NCBI RefSeq assembly: GCF_963506605.1
Contig: NC_083294.1
Span: 33,108,001 to 33,172,000, forward strand
Direction: 5' to 3'
Length of the DNA stretch: 64,000 nucleotides
From: Zootoca vivipara
Taxonomy: Eukaryota
Positions 39,068-52,426 of this stretch are shown here, piece after piece. The position numbers and the translations under genes are program-made. Below the pieces are notes generated by a model. That model saw only the letters and a list, made by a program, of their open reading frames with translations, was not told the DNA's origin and searched no databases. The first letter of the stretch is position 1; each line of letters begins with the position of its first letter.

Positions 39068-39899
39068 TTAACACATGATTAAATGCTCCTAAATAAACAA
39101 AAGAATAAGAACAAAAAAATGTTAAGAAAGCTCATTTTCTATGTGTGTGGATATTTTATTTTATCAGGAGAACCCCTACCAGCAGCATGAAGTGGTGGTG
39201 TCATCCAGACAAATGTATAATTCCTCAGTGAGAATTAAACCCAGAACACTTCTTTTCCCAATACCTCCAGGTAGAACCAAAGGTGCCAATGCAGGCTTCA
39301 CATAGACAACTTCCTCAAATGAATCCCAGTATCACTGCATTTCAACAAATTCTGTATAAGAATATACACCACCTCAAATGTTACTGTTTCTGGATCATGC
39401 ATTGCCACAAGACAGCTCCCTGGTTTCAAAAGATATGTGAATCACAAAAATCCATAGGGATGACTATTCATTCCATTCCATCAAGCAACAGGAAATGAGA
39501 AGTGGGGCAGATCCATTTTCTAAAACTGTTTCCATTCAAGCTGGTCATTACAACAAGCTTTAAGACCAAAGGCCTCTGTTTACTCTTCTGTCCTTATCCT
39601 TTCTCCCCCCTGTGTGCCCTTTAGATTATAAGTTTGAGAGCAGTGACTCATTTGCTGTTGATCTGATGCAAGCCAATTTAGGAGTCATTGTGGCTGAGGA
39701 GCAGGGCAAAAATGTGTTCAATTAAAAAAAAACATTTTCGGAGTTTGTGCTGAATTTAGGATTCAGCTTAAGTTCTGAGGCTCTCTGAGGGAAATTATTC
39801 TAGATCTCAATGAACCAGACGAGGAACTCCTACTGTACAAGCATCTTCCATACTCATCATTCCTAACCTCTGCAGAAGTACTGAAAGCCTAAATCTCAA

Positions 39900-40520
39900 T
39901 AGGAAGTGATCTGACCATGACAAGAGATTGATGCCAACAATACCCCCCACCTTCAAATCATCTTCCTGCCTAATTTAGAAAGCAAGGTATAGTGTGTGGC
40001 CTGCCACCTGCTTGTGGCCTGTGACATGCTGAGAAAGCCCCATGATTATTATGGCATCCAGGAAGTCTTGAGCCACCCCAAAGCCAGTCACCTCACCATG
40101 GATGTTGAAATCCCCCAGAAGTAGTAGTCTGGGAGTCCCCAACACTGCCTCTCAGACCAGCTCTGTCAGCTTAAGCAGGGAGACTGCTGGACAGTGAGGC
40201 GGGCAGTAAACCAGCAGAATCTCTAATCTGTCCCAATTGCCCTCTAGGAACACACACTCTAGATATCCCAGAGAACCTGGAGAGAGAGATGGATGGAATG
40301 TCTACACACTACTCCCCCTCCCTGACTCTCAGGTCAGCCCTGATGCTTCACTGAGTACTCAGGTGGGCACAGTTGGGCGAGACCAATTTCACGTTGATCA
40401 GCCATCCAGGTCTTCATGATACAGACCAGATTGGCCCCCTCATCCACAATCAGATCATGAATGAGGAGCTGACCTGGTATTCAGCAACGGCAGCCGTAGA
40501 CCAGAGGGCTGGCTGATATA
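39900..40520 (-). mobile_element. L2/CR1-group APE endonuclease fragment
   Basis: Minus-strand ILLVYCPP and LLLGDFNIH. Confidence 0.75.
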
Positions 40521-41360
40521 ACAACAACATTCATGATAGTATAACGGTAGCAACACATAAATAGTAAGAATTTCTTACCTCACTTCTTTCATTTCAAAAC
40601 TAGGCAGGTGGAGCAGAAGTCCCAATCAGGTGACTCTACCTTGGACCGCAACGAAGTAATCAAAGCAGGTTGTCACTTTCAGTGCTGTCAGCCACAGACT
40701 GCTGCTACACAGCTGTACTTCTTCCCAAGTGCATTATTGAAATACTGCATATTTGATCAGTAAGAGGAACATAAAATAAACCAAAAGCAAAACAGATGGA
40801 TGATTGTGGACTCAGCTATACAGCTGCAAATAAAACATTTTAAGTGTGTTGTTGTAAAGTGCAATATACAAATGTGTCACTAGATGGTGATGGTGAGCTA
40901 TGGTGAATTCAATATATTTTTCAAAACTTTTTTAAAAAAAGCATTTCAGTGCTTTTTATATGTGTGTAGATTCCATCTACACACGTGTCAAATGAACCAC
41001 ATTAAAAACCTCCTTTCTACAATACCAATCCACAGAACATTCTTATGAGAAACCTACAACACATGCAATTCGCGCACACCCAGAATCTTCCCTTATCAGA
41101 GAAGGATCAACTAAGATAAGATTGATATAGGCTCTGCTCACACCTACATGAAGAAGCCACGTATTTGCACACTACCTAACACACAATAGTTTGGTGTGAT
41201 GTCTTAACTTACTACTAGTCATCCCCCAATAACACAACTGGGAGGAAATGCATTTTGTGTAGTTTTCTCATGCAAAGCCTGTGCACAAAAGATTAATAAA
41301 AATAAAGAAAATAATGTAATTTGCATATTTCACTAGCAAACAAATATTGTTATTAATACG

Positions 41361-41370
41361 GAAAGGATAT
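41361..41370 (-). promoter_or_regulatory. U12 5' splice site ATATCCTTTC
   Basis: Exact U12 donor consensus directly after the last exon codon. Confidence 0.93.
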
Positions 41371-41495
41371 TATCATCTTCTCAACAAATTTATCATGCGG
41401 ATCTTCTGTTTTAGGGAACTTCTTAATATCATTTTCCAAACGCTGTATGTGATGTTCCATGGAATCGAGGTTGCTTTTAAGACTCTGAGCTGAAA
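41371..41495 (-). CDS. DIAPH2: DIAPH2 internal coding exon, FH2 C-terminal region (125 nt): (V)SAQSLKSNLDSMEHHIQRLENDIKKFPKTEDPHDKFVEKMI
   Basis: Hand translation resembles recalled human DIAPH2 VSAQILKSNLASMEQQIVHLERDIKKFPQAENQHDKFVEKMT. Acceptor is ttttccctcAG; the exon is followed by the U12 donor ATATCCTTT; it joins the next exon in frame. Not in the ORF track. Confidence 0.95.
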
Positions 41496-43839
41496 CTGAG
41501 GGAAAATATGATAACTAAGAAACCAATTCTAGGTGTAGGAAAGAAAAGCAGTGTCAGAAATAAAATCCTTGAAAGCTGTGAGGATAATTCCATTAAAACG
41601 TGCTCCCATTTTTCTGAATTACTGCTCATAAAAGTTCTACTCTTCATGAAATAAGTGAGAATATATAATATAATATACCAAATCATCATGTTTAATGTGA
41701 GAATGTCACCATTTTATTCTGCCATTAGTTCAAATTAATCCATTTCTATTCAAATTTATTGATAGAAATCCTAATATTTCATTCCTTTAAATCTAATTTG
41801 TAGATTAAACAGCAACTAAGGTTCAAAAGAGATTCTATCTTAGCAATGCATATAGTTGGTTATATAAATGATTTAGAGAGAACTGCAGAAGAGCTCAAAT
41901 ATTTTTCTTCTTGCTCTGTAATATTCTGTATAGGCCTGTACCTATTTGAGCTTCTTTCCTACACACATTTTTTTTAAAAAAAAACATTGGGATAATACAA
42001 ACTACTGGTGCTTAAATTGAAGGTAAGCAAAAAAGGACATCCACAGGGATGCAATCCACAGGGACGACTTTTTAGTACAACAGTATATGTTACTCAAAGT
42101 TTTATTAAATCATATTTGAGTATCTTTCCCTCTCCCCTTAATCTTTAAGTGATTATAAGTGACCTTGCTAGTTCCTTGTATACTGGGGGCTAGGTTAGAG
42201 AAATGGCCTCTTAGCTACTAACTGGAATTGGCTTTAAGTGCAGGTAAGCTTTGTTTACCATAATTGGTTTCAGTTAGTGGTGCCATATTCTAAACAAAGA
42301 ACCAATAAATCTTCAAAGTTAGCCACAAGTATAACACTAGTAGATCATGGACTGTTCGTGGAAGAGTCAACAACTCTTATATAAAATTCTGTTGATGAAA
42401 GACACTCTACACCACAGAAACTACTGTTCTTTAACTATCAGATTCCAATGTATTTCCATAAATGACTAATAACCTGCTTGATATCATTATTCCTATACTA
42501 TGACCTTTTCACTTACTATTAAGGATGTTATATTGTTTCCGGCCCCATTTTTTATTTACATTTATATCCTACTCCTTTTCCATCATGGAACTCAAAGTGT
42601 CATAGATGTGGATACAGGAAGTCTCGCATCCTGGCACTTATGAGACATAGACATGTTTCTATAAGGCCATGGCCTCATGAGCCTTGAGATAGTTCATGAT
42701 TTGGGGGCTGAAAAACATCTTGTTCATTTTTTTCACTACAGTCTAAATTTCTTCATTGTCTAGGGACTGTTCATTCACTTCAATACACTGGTTCCCCCTC
42801 TACTCACTATGTTTTTCAGAGTTCTGAAACACGTGGTGAATTTGGGTAACATGGTTTTATCTTGCTACAAGTACTTCTAATACTCTGGAAATTCTTCCAT
42901 AGCAACAATAAAGTTACTGCTTAAATTAGCCACACACTAGCAACCCAACTCTTATTCCAACTCTGCGTCATGGAAGGAAAAAAGCAGTGACAGAGAGGTA
43001 GGTCTCCTAAACTAAGAATAAATAACAATGTGGTTATAATCTGAAATATTCTGAATCAGTCTTGTATTTTAACCACTCGCCTGGATCACCCTTGGAGTTC
43101 ATATGAGCAAATGCATGAAATCCCCTGCAGGCAGGTAAATGGGGTGGTAAAGAGGGCCAGAGCTTTGTGTTTCTGTTCTGGCTACAGTGGAGGGGAAATA
43201 ACTGCCACCATAACTAACATGGAAATATAGCTGACTTAGTGATAGAAAACTGAGCATGCTTCTTCTCCATTTCCAGCCTGCTTTCCTAACTTGCTTTTTA
43301 CTCATAAGACAGGATTATTATTTTTTAAGAAACTGGGAGTGAGGTGGGTTAGCAATGAGGCTGGTCTACAGTCATGAATGAATACACTCTAGAATCTGGA
43401 ATAGATTCTATGATCTATTCTGGACATACAGAGAGAGCAATGCAGAAAGTGCTTGCTAAGGTCATTGATACTTTGCTTCACTGACAAAGTTAACACACAA
43501 GGAGGCAAACGGAGATGTCATCAGTGAAGCAAAACCTATTTCCTAAATTCCTGAAAGTGCTGTGGAGGCAGACACAAACACACAAGGCCTCTCAGCTTTC
43601 ATTTAATATCAGAAGTATAACTCTAGCCCTTACAGTTTCACAGAAAATATTTAAAATTTTATTGTGCCATGTAACCTACACAGTATTTCTCAAAACACAA
43701 TGACTGTATCAGAATGTAAATATTACATGTGTGAGATACACTTATGCTACTCGAACTGTCAATACAAATATGAAAGGGCCTTGAATTACAAAAAAGAAAG
43801 AAAGAACAAGGTACAAATAGAATCTAAGAACACAAAAGC

Positions 43840-44235
43840 GCTTCTCCAAACCCTGGGACCTGTCCTTGCTGTCGGCGGCAGGAGGACAGGAACGGAGGAG
43901 GAGAAAGCGCTGCTTTCTCCTCCTTCCTTCCTCTCCCGCAGCCGCCGACAGGAAGGACGCGGGACACAAACCCCTACCTCGCTGCCGCTGCTTCGCGACC
44001 TCCCGCCGCTCCTCTCACGGGCCAGGGAGGGTTGTGAGGAGGAGGTCTCCGCCGGCCTCCACCCTCGCTTCCCTGATGTTCTGGCCGGGAGCGGCGGTTG
44101 GAGGAGGCGGGGGGGAGAGTGCGCGTGTGCAGTCTCTGCTGTCCAATCCCTGTGTCCCTGGCGCACATGCGCCGTACCCCAGGGACACACGGGACAGCTT
44201 GGACACAGGGACAACTTGGACTTTATTATATAGGA
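43840..44235 (-). mobile_element. Helitron 5' part with CpG-rich cargo; 3' end not found
   Basis: A|TCCTATATAATAAAGTCCAAG...GCGCATGTGCGCCAGGGACACAGGGATTGGAC, homologous to 1322-1430. Confidence 0.8.
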
Positions 44236-45359
44236 TTACCAGTGGAGCTTCAGAGAGTATAAGTGTATAATTCTCTGATCCAGAAAACTTATAGTTGAAA
44301 ATCAGCACAGGGTGGGAAGGGGCAGAGTAAGGAAAGGGTAGTGGAAGTGGGCTGAACTGGGAAGCAATATAAGATTGTTTCAGTCATACAATATAACATT
44401 GTTTTGATTACATCTTTTAAGAGTGTGTGTCTATGTGTGCTCACAATGTGTGCTAATGCTTGTGTAGAAATGAAAATAACAACAAATAACCACTTCAGCA
44501 GACAAGAACACATTTGCTTGTAAACAAATGTGTTCTCTGAATTGCTGTCTTATTAGTGACCTTAAAAACCTCTGCTGCATTTAGGGAAACTGAATGTTTC
44601 CCTCTTCCCCACTTTCACCCCAATAATGACTTATTTCAAATTTGACAGATTATTGTCAAAATGAACAACTTTCATATCTTAGAGGACAGAATCTTGGATG
44701 TTGTGTATCAACAAAGGCAAAAGGACAAAGTCTGAATAATTGTATTCTGGCGAAGAAGAAACAGTGCTATTGACAAAGCTTTCCACAATCACAATTGTAA
44801 TCAGCAAGAGCTTCTGTTATTAAACTGCTCATTTTGCATGACCAATATGGCTGAAACATGTTCAAGGAGCATCTGTTATTTATTTCAAAAGCAAGTAAAA
44901 AGCATCCAAAACTTTCATCTACCGCACAAAGTGACCCCACAAAAATTATATAATCATCAGTGTCCAAAAAGTCCACTTGTCAATTTTATGCAAGTCTTGA
45001 TTAATCATGTTGTCAAGTGCACTAGAGTAGGACTGAGGAATACTTCTGTGTCATTTGAGTGAAACACATATAGATCAAAAATAAATTAATAAATTGACTT
45101 CAAATATCAAAAAGAGCAAATAAAAGCCATAGAAAAGAAATTTGGGGGCTACAGCAGAAGCTCCCTAAAAATGTAAGTTAATAGTTCTACTGCAGTGAGA
45201 AACCCAACTTTAGTACCATTAATTATTTAGAAAAGGTGTTGAAAATATCAATGGTTTTATCGATCATAACTATACATGTCTTAGTATGCAATATTTTGTG
45301 CAGTTCCAGACAAAACAAGTAAGATGAAGAAAGGCATTATTTGTTTCATTTATACTTAA

Positions 45360-45920
45360 TGGTCTACATGGGGCTTCTTTTAAAAAGTGCTCAGAAACTT
45401 CAACTGGTTCAAAGAGCTGCAGCCGGATTGTGGAGCTGGGCTGGTTATAGGAAGAATTTGACTCCCTCATTACAACGGCTGGCTATGCGCTATAAAGCCC
45501 TATATGGCATAGGTCCAAGCTATCTGAAAAAACCCTATTCTTTCATACAAACTTGCCTAAGTTCAGGGGAGACCCTTTTCTTGGTCCCACAACACTCACA
45601 CACAGGGACACCAGGTAGGATCTTAGGAAAGGGCCTTTCTCGGTGGGTACTCCCAAACTTTGGAACTCCCTTCCTAGATTGGCTCCCTCTGTGTTGTTCT
45701 TCCACCGGCAGGTTATTTCAACAGGTTTTTGGGAACTGGCTGCTTTCAATGAAATGGCTGGTGCTGTGCTGTTTTTACTCTAATTATAACTCTATGTTTT
45801 AATAGCTCTTTTATATTTATATATAGTTTATATATAAATGTTTAATTGTTTTTTTAATTATAGGTTTTCCCCTATGTTTTTAGCTGTCCCTATTTTATCT
45901 GTAAGCAGCCTTGAGTCCAT
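45360..45920 (+). mobile_element. old L2 3' fragment
   Basis: YMGLLLKSAQKLQLVQRAAA..YKALYGIGPSYL. Confidence 0.8.
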
Positions 45921-47221
45921 GTCAGAATATTATTCTGCCTAATCCCAATATCCTCATAGCTGACTGAAACTAGATAATCCATTTCATCCAAGAGTAACTG
46001 GAGTTGATTAATTACCACATTCTCAATCACCCTAAGAATGGAACATTAGTGACCAGGCAGTAGCTATTGTAGTCCTCCGAGTCAAACGTGGGCTTCTTTG
46101 TGAGCAGACACACCACTGTTTCCTTACGGCATCTGCCCCTCCTCCTACAGTGATGAGTCAACCACACATTGAACCCATGCAGTCAGTCACATGTGGCTTC
46201 CTCTGTGTAGTTAAGAAGCCAAGAATCAAGATGGTCTCACAGCTCCAAATCTCTTGCCCACATCGTCAGATTGCAAAGTCTGAAGCAGGAGTATTGGGGT
46301 TTTGATGACTACAGAGAAGAGATTTGTAATATCATCCAGGAACATATCTATGCTTGTTGAATACAAGTTGGATTTAGAAGTATGTTTCCAAGTGTGCATA
46401 TATATGTACAAACAGAAAGAGGAAGAAAATGCTTCAATTACCATGAATGGCAAAACACACCCCTGGTGATGATGAAAGACAGGTTAAGAATTCCTGTCAT
46501 ACCATAATTTTCTCTTTATCAAGTCATAGAAGCACAAATAATTCATAACTAGCTTTTAAACAGGTGATTGTTTAAGGAGCAATTCATCCTTGCAAGTGTC
46601 TGGAATCCAGGAAAGGTCATAAGCCTCATTTATTTGCCTAGACAAGTAATTTACTAGACTCTTGTGCATTGGGCTGCACAAATAGGGAGAGAACGAGGAG
46701 GCAAGGTGGGAAACATCCTCCTCCCTCAGATTATCTGTGCTGCCAGTACATGAGCACTCTAGTTCTGGGTACTTTTTAAAAGGTTGCTAGGGTCAATACT
46801 AAGTAATAAAATGGTGTTTTTCTTTTCCTGTGGCTGAACTGGGAATCCCTGTGAGAATGTATAAATACAGCTGCAATGGCTACAGGATCCTCTGAATACA
46901 GTACTAGTTCTCCAAGTAGAGAAGAATATTACAGAATGCAAAGAAGATGACCAGTAAGGTCTACTTATATTATATGTTGAGATAACGGCTGATAGTGTTG
47001 AACTACATATTATTCACATGCAAACAGTCCAGAACAGAGCATATGTCATTTTAAAGTAATCATCTGGACACAGTTTCACAGCATGGAAATAAGTCTCGTA
47101 TTTATGTTCTCCTTCCCATCCCTCTTCTTCCTGATTTGCATTCCTGTTTAGAAGGTAACTACAAACCCATGTTTTGACAGTTCAGATGCAATGCAATAAA
47201 TTATTTCACGAAAGCAGTTAG

Positions 47222-48358
47222 TAGGGATTAAAGGATCTGCCAATTCTTGTTCATTCATTCAGTTCACTACAGTTCATAAGCAATTTGTGATTATTTTTAT
47301 CCTCATGAAAATTCTTCAGTATTTTAGTTTTTCTGAAATTTATCCTAATAAACACATTTTCTATGCAGTTTGGACTAATGGACACATCTTTGAAAGTAAT
47401 TTCCCCTAATATGATGTATTTCTGTATGAACTAATGCAGGGGTTCCCAACAAAATTTTCTCGAGGACCCCTCATCGAGCCGCTATTGTGACAAGGACCCC
47501 CATTAATTCCTAATCCTAAAATTAAAAAGTGAGAGCCAAATTAAGAGTCTTTTTATATTTTATATTTATACGTTTTTTACAGTTACAACAGAGTACTCCA
47601 TCAGTATACAGTTAGTTTTACTTTTCAGTTCTTATTGAGATAAGTTAAATCTGTCCTTTGAGTCAATTATTTCTGAAATATTAGGTTCCAAACTTGAAAC
47701 TTTCACTCTGAAATCTGACCGCATGTCAAGCCGATTCCTATATTTGTTTTTCATGAAACACATGGAAGAAAATGCTTGCTTTGTTTACAAACACTACTGT
47801 TTTGCAAAGAAGCAGCACGCACCAGGGAGGAGGGAGGGGAATGGAGAAGACAGGGTACCTGCGCAGTAGCGCACAAATGAAGCCGACGCGCGCAAAGCAT
47901 CTTGGGGAGGTGAGCGTTAGTAGAATGCGCGCACTGCCTCTTTGCAAAACAGTAGTGTTTGTAAAGCACCACCTAACAGCATACAGCAGAACTACTGCCT
48001 CTATCTAATTCTAGTTTTGCGCTAGACTCTGCTCATGCAGGAAGCAGCCAAAACAAAAAATCTGTTATCATACGAAATATATTTAATATATTTTTTATTC
48101 TAATAGCATCTTGCGGACCCCTCTGGCATAGCTCGCGGACCCCTGGGGGTCCCCGGACCACCTGTTGGGAACCACTGAACTAATGTATTCGTTTTTATAC
48201 ACACTGTTCTTTATGTTTTTTTTTGGGGGGGTGCTGTATACCTGATTTGGTAAGTTTGAAGGATGACTGTGTTTCAGCTTTCATGTTGTTTTGGAAAGTG
48301 CAAATTTTATAGATTTGCCTTTAAATGTGAACTGCTTCAAATTCTCCCTACATCCCTA
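47222..48358. mobile_element. older non-autonomous TIR element (TAGGGAT...ATCCCTA) hosting the hAT insertion
   Basis: Inverted ends; AT-rich internal repeats continue on both sides of the insertion. Confidence 0.55.
47437..48177 (-). mobile_element. young non-autonomous hAT (Charlie/Buster-like) element, 741 bp
   Basis: TIR CAGGGGTTCCCAACA / TGTTGGGAACCACTG; perfect TSD aactaatg. Transposase C-terminal remnant MKNKYRNRLDMRSDFRVKVSSLEPNISEIIDSKDRFNLSQ* at 47754-47632. Confidence 0.92.
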
Positions 48359-51184
48359 GCATTAGCAATTAATTGGTGTCAGGATGGGAAAGGGGGCATA
48401 TAAGTTATTTTCATGGTTTGGGGTTATGTCTAAATCACACCAGTATTGTCAAAAGCGTGGGGTGGACGGGACATTCACCAACAGGAAAAGAATGACAAAT
48501 GAATTTGCAGATGCACACATTTTTGTGTTGGCTGATTTGTGGACCCCTGCATCTCAAATCAAACAGTCTAACTACAACAATAATTGCTTTTTCAACTTAT
48601 TTAACACATTTTAAAAATAAATGCTTTAAAACATAATTGCCATACTGTATCTATTTGCATTTTTACAAGTTTCCAGCAACAGACTAGCAAATATTTGAAC
48701 TAATTATGAACTTTACAAATTATGGATGCACTTTTTTTTTCTGAGGAAATGCATACACCAATTAAATCATGAAACAGATTTCCAAGAGACATGGAAGAAA
48801 CGCCATTGTTCAAACAGCTGAAAATGTACAGGACAGAACCCTGAAGAGTAGGCTCTAGGGAACTGGCTAGCAGAACACACCACTGGATCAAATTAATGTT
48901 TTTATCCCAGAAGGGGGTTTAAGCGCAGGATGTAACTTCCAACTCTAACATTTCAGGACTCTGTCAGTTGCATGTATTTCACACATTTTTACCAACTAAA
49001 ATTTTATTTTGCTTTTCACAATAGAGAAATAATCATTAGGATCCCATTTTTTCATAACCATGCTGATTACACCAAGCTTGAAATTATATCAGATGACAAA
49101 ACTGAACTCCTAATATCAGATATTGTGTTATTATAACTTTATTATCATTGAGTTTTGAATAAATAATTCCTTAAACACCTAAAATGTATCAACATTGTAA
49201 CGGTAGTTCTTTAGTGAGGCATGGGGAGATAATTTGAACAATAAAAAGGTGAAATGCAAGGATCATTCATATTTACACAAACACATGGGCATATGGTTGC
49301 CACATGCTGTTTAAGAACAAGTTCTGTTACCCTGGCCCAGTAGAAAATTGGCTGTGCACAGTTACATTTGCCATGCTGTCAATCAGGAAAACACTTCTAC
49401 TACCACCCCTTCTCTGGGCATATTTTCAAGATTTTTTTATAAAATAAATAAATAAGTGAGTGAGTGGTATTATTGATATAAAGGACCAAATACATGAGCA
49501 GAAAAATATGTAAGGTATATGGGAAATTTCTTCCTCCTCATACACCAAAACAAACACAACCCTACACAGCCTGTCTGAAGCATTTGGGGGTGGAGAAAGA
49601 GCAGCTCCACTTTCACTTCAGTATATATAGATTAGTTGAGAAGGGGAAGCAAGGCAAAATAGAGTATGCCTGGCAACTGAAAAACTGGAACATACTCCTG
49701 TTTCTAGGTAGTCTGTATGCACATCAGGAGTTCTCTTCAAGTCCCAATGGATTTGCCTACATAAAGGAGGTTTCAAGTTTAGGTATTGTGCAGAATCAAT
49801 AAAGAAGGCACCATTGTCAAAGCCAGTACTGATTTGATCCCCAAAGTATGATCAGATTACCTACTGTGCTGGTGCTGCATTAAACACAGTATCTTTTGAG
49901 CTTTTGTTTTTGTTCCAGTTATACAACCTGGGAGGAACTAATAACACATATGGAGTGTTCTGCTTTGCCTTACAGTATTTTTGTCTTCTGCATTATTTCG
50001 GATTTTCACTCTCTAATGCAATTCATCAGAAATACTGTCCCTAAAAGTTTAGGTTAACTGCTGAATACAACATTTCTTTTTTGGTCACATGGGTCCTTAT
50101 CTAGCTCAATCACTACACTGAAATATGCTGCCAAAATAAGTTAGCACTCGTTACAGTATAATTTAATTAAGCACAAAGATTTTCTTAAAACAAAAACATC
50201 AAAGAACAAAAAGGTATAAGAAAAACAAACAAACACCACAAAAAAAGCTGATATTGCCTTTAAATTGTTAGTGTTTCCCTTCTACAGGTTTACATTTGTC
50301 TTGTTTTGTCAAAGATAGAGAGAACTTTTCACCCAGTTTTACACTGCTCTTTTCCATGGCGGGGGGGGGGTTATTTTTAAAAGGGTAAGAGTCTTTCATA
50401 ATCATTCTAGCCCAGGGAGGCTTCTGTACTTATCAGAATTTAATGAAACATTCAATCTAGGAAATAAATTACTGGTAACTGACATTGTGGGGATCATGTT
50501 TAATGAAGCGGGTATGTGCAAAAGGTCTATGCTGCAATAGCAGTATAATGTATGGAGAATAAAGCAGAAGACTTGTCAATTGTTTGGGATATAATGACTC
50601 TCGGTGGAACAAAGATTGGTGAACCTTAGAAGTTCATGACTGAGCCCATGAGCCAGCAGAGCTTCCTTCATTTTTATTGATGCAGCAAAATAGTTTACAA
50701 ATGTTGGTAGTAACTGCAAGTCTTTTCCTTTCTGAAACTTTCCATTGTGAAGACCAAGAGTGTAGATAGACAGTAACTAGAAGGCAAGCAGTAACAGAGA
50801 GGCAGCAGCTGATAACTGGAAACATGATAATCTACTGACCATGGGAGCATGCCAAAGAAGCCAAGGAAGAATATAGTGGTAACAGAATTATTATTTTTCA
50901 GTAACTGCCAATCAACTCCTGGATAATTTATTTAAATATTTTTTATTTCACTTTTCACTACAATTGCTGAAGAGTAGGTTAGAGTGAAAGAGTGTGACTG
51001 GCCCAAGAATATCAAGTGAGCATCATGATTGAACTGAATTTGATCAGCACTCTATTGCAATTATTTTGGTATATTTTTTTGTTTGAAATGTTGAAAGGCA
51101 TCAGATAGAACATACAATGGAAGCAAGAATTGCAGCTCAAAAGACCATCACAAAAGGTACATAATGTGGAATGTATAATATCTA

Positions 51185-51735
51185 TCCTCTGGTAACCTCT
51201 AGGTTAGATTATTGTGATACTTTATACATGGGGCTGCCTCTGAAGATGGGCTGATCACCGAGACAAGACAGCTTCAGAATGTAACACCAATCTTTGCCCA
51301 ACTGCACAGACTGCCAAAGTTCCCAAGCCCCATCCAAAGTGCTAGTTTTGACCTGTAAAGCCTTAAATGGGTCAAGACCGTACCTACACAGACCCAGGGT
51401 TCATTATCTCAGGCCCTTCTTTGTATGCCCCCTCCATGAGAGGTCCATGAGTGGCAATACTGGACAAGACCTTTTATGTGATGGCTCCCTTTAGTGGAAT
51501 GTTCTCTTCTAGAAGCCTCACCTAGCACCTTCATTACATATCTTGAGGCACCAAGTGAAAACATTACTCTTCTCCCAGGCCTCTGACTAATTAAACAACC
51601 TGTGTTTTTTAACTGTATGTGGGAATAATTGTTCCTGTTTGTTCATATGTTATGTATTTTTTGTGTTTTTTATATTGTAAACTGCCCTGTGATCCTCGGA
51701 TAAAGGGTAGTATATAAAATAAAATAAAATAATAA
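51185..51735 (+). mobile_element. old L2 3' fragment
   Basis: LVTSRLDYC..Y.GLPL..KVLVLTCKALNG; (AAAAT)n tail. Confidence 0.8.
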
Positions 51736-52018
51736 GGATCTGAAAACTAAGAGAAACAAAAGAAGGGAATGTCCTTGCCCCCAACCTTTCAGAGGATGAG
51801 TCTTATTCTTTTGCTGGCTCTGGACACTCTAAAGCAGTTCAACAAGTTGAACATCTGGTGAAGTAATGGACCGAAATAAGGACTTCAACAATACATTCCC
51901 AAACTAGGCATCAGATTAGAAAGCCAAGTCTCAATGAAGCATCTCAATAGAAGCAGTCTGAGAAGGCTTACTTCTTGTATATACTTCTTACATCTAATCA
52001 TCAAGCTGTATTTATTAA

Positions 52019-52426
52019 CTAGCGGGACCTGGCCACATGTTGCTGTGGCCCAGTGAGGGCCCCCATACCCCAGTGGAGGACGGTAGGATACCCCTCCCTC
52101 TGTTGCCCCCGGGGAGTGTTGGCCCCTCTCCCTGTAACTCCATACCTTGGCCCCCACCCTTGGAAAAGGAGCTGTCTGAATCATATATTATAGTCATTGG
52201 CCAGGAGATGGCACTGTGTTGAGAGGGTGGAGGTTCCGGATAGAATTTCCCAGCATCCCCGGCCTTCTGGGGGGTATTGAGGTCTGGAACAGTGTGTTTT
52301 TCCTAATTTACATGTCACGGGTGTGACATGTGTCTATGCAAACGTTATGTGATCCCTCACATAATCACATGTGACATTTGAACACAATCGGTCAAGCTGT
52401 TTTGGTGAAAAGTGGAGACCCTTTAC

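Larger units (their letters stand above)
12085..41370 (-). other. DIAPH2: U12-type AT-AC intron of DIAPH2 (29,286 nt, phase 0)
   Basis: 5' site ATATCCTTTC (41370-41361), branch TTCCTTAAC (12104-12096), terminal AC (12086-12085). Splicing gives in-frame EKMI-SFAK. Confidence 0.93.

Noticed and set aside
43664-44308. Cluster of overlapping ORFs
   Set aside because: Stop-poor GC-rich Helitron cargo with no recognisable protein.
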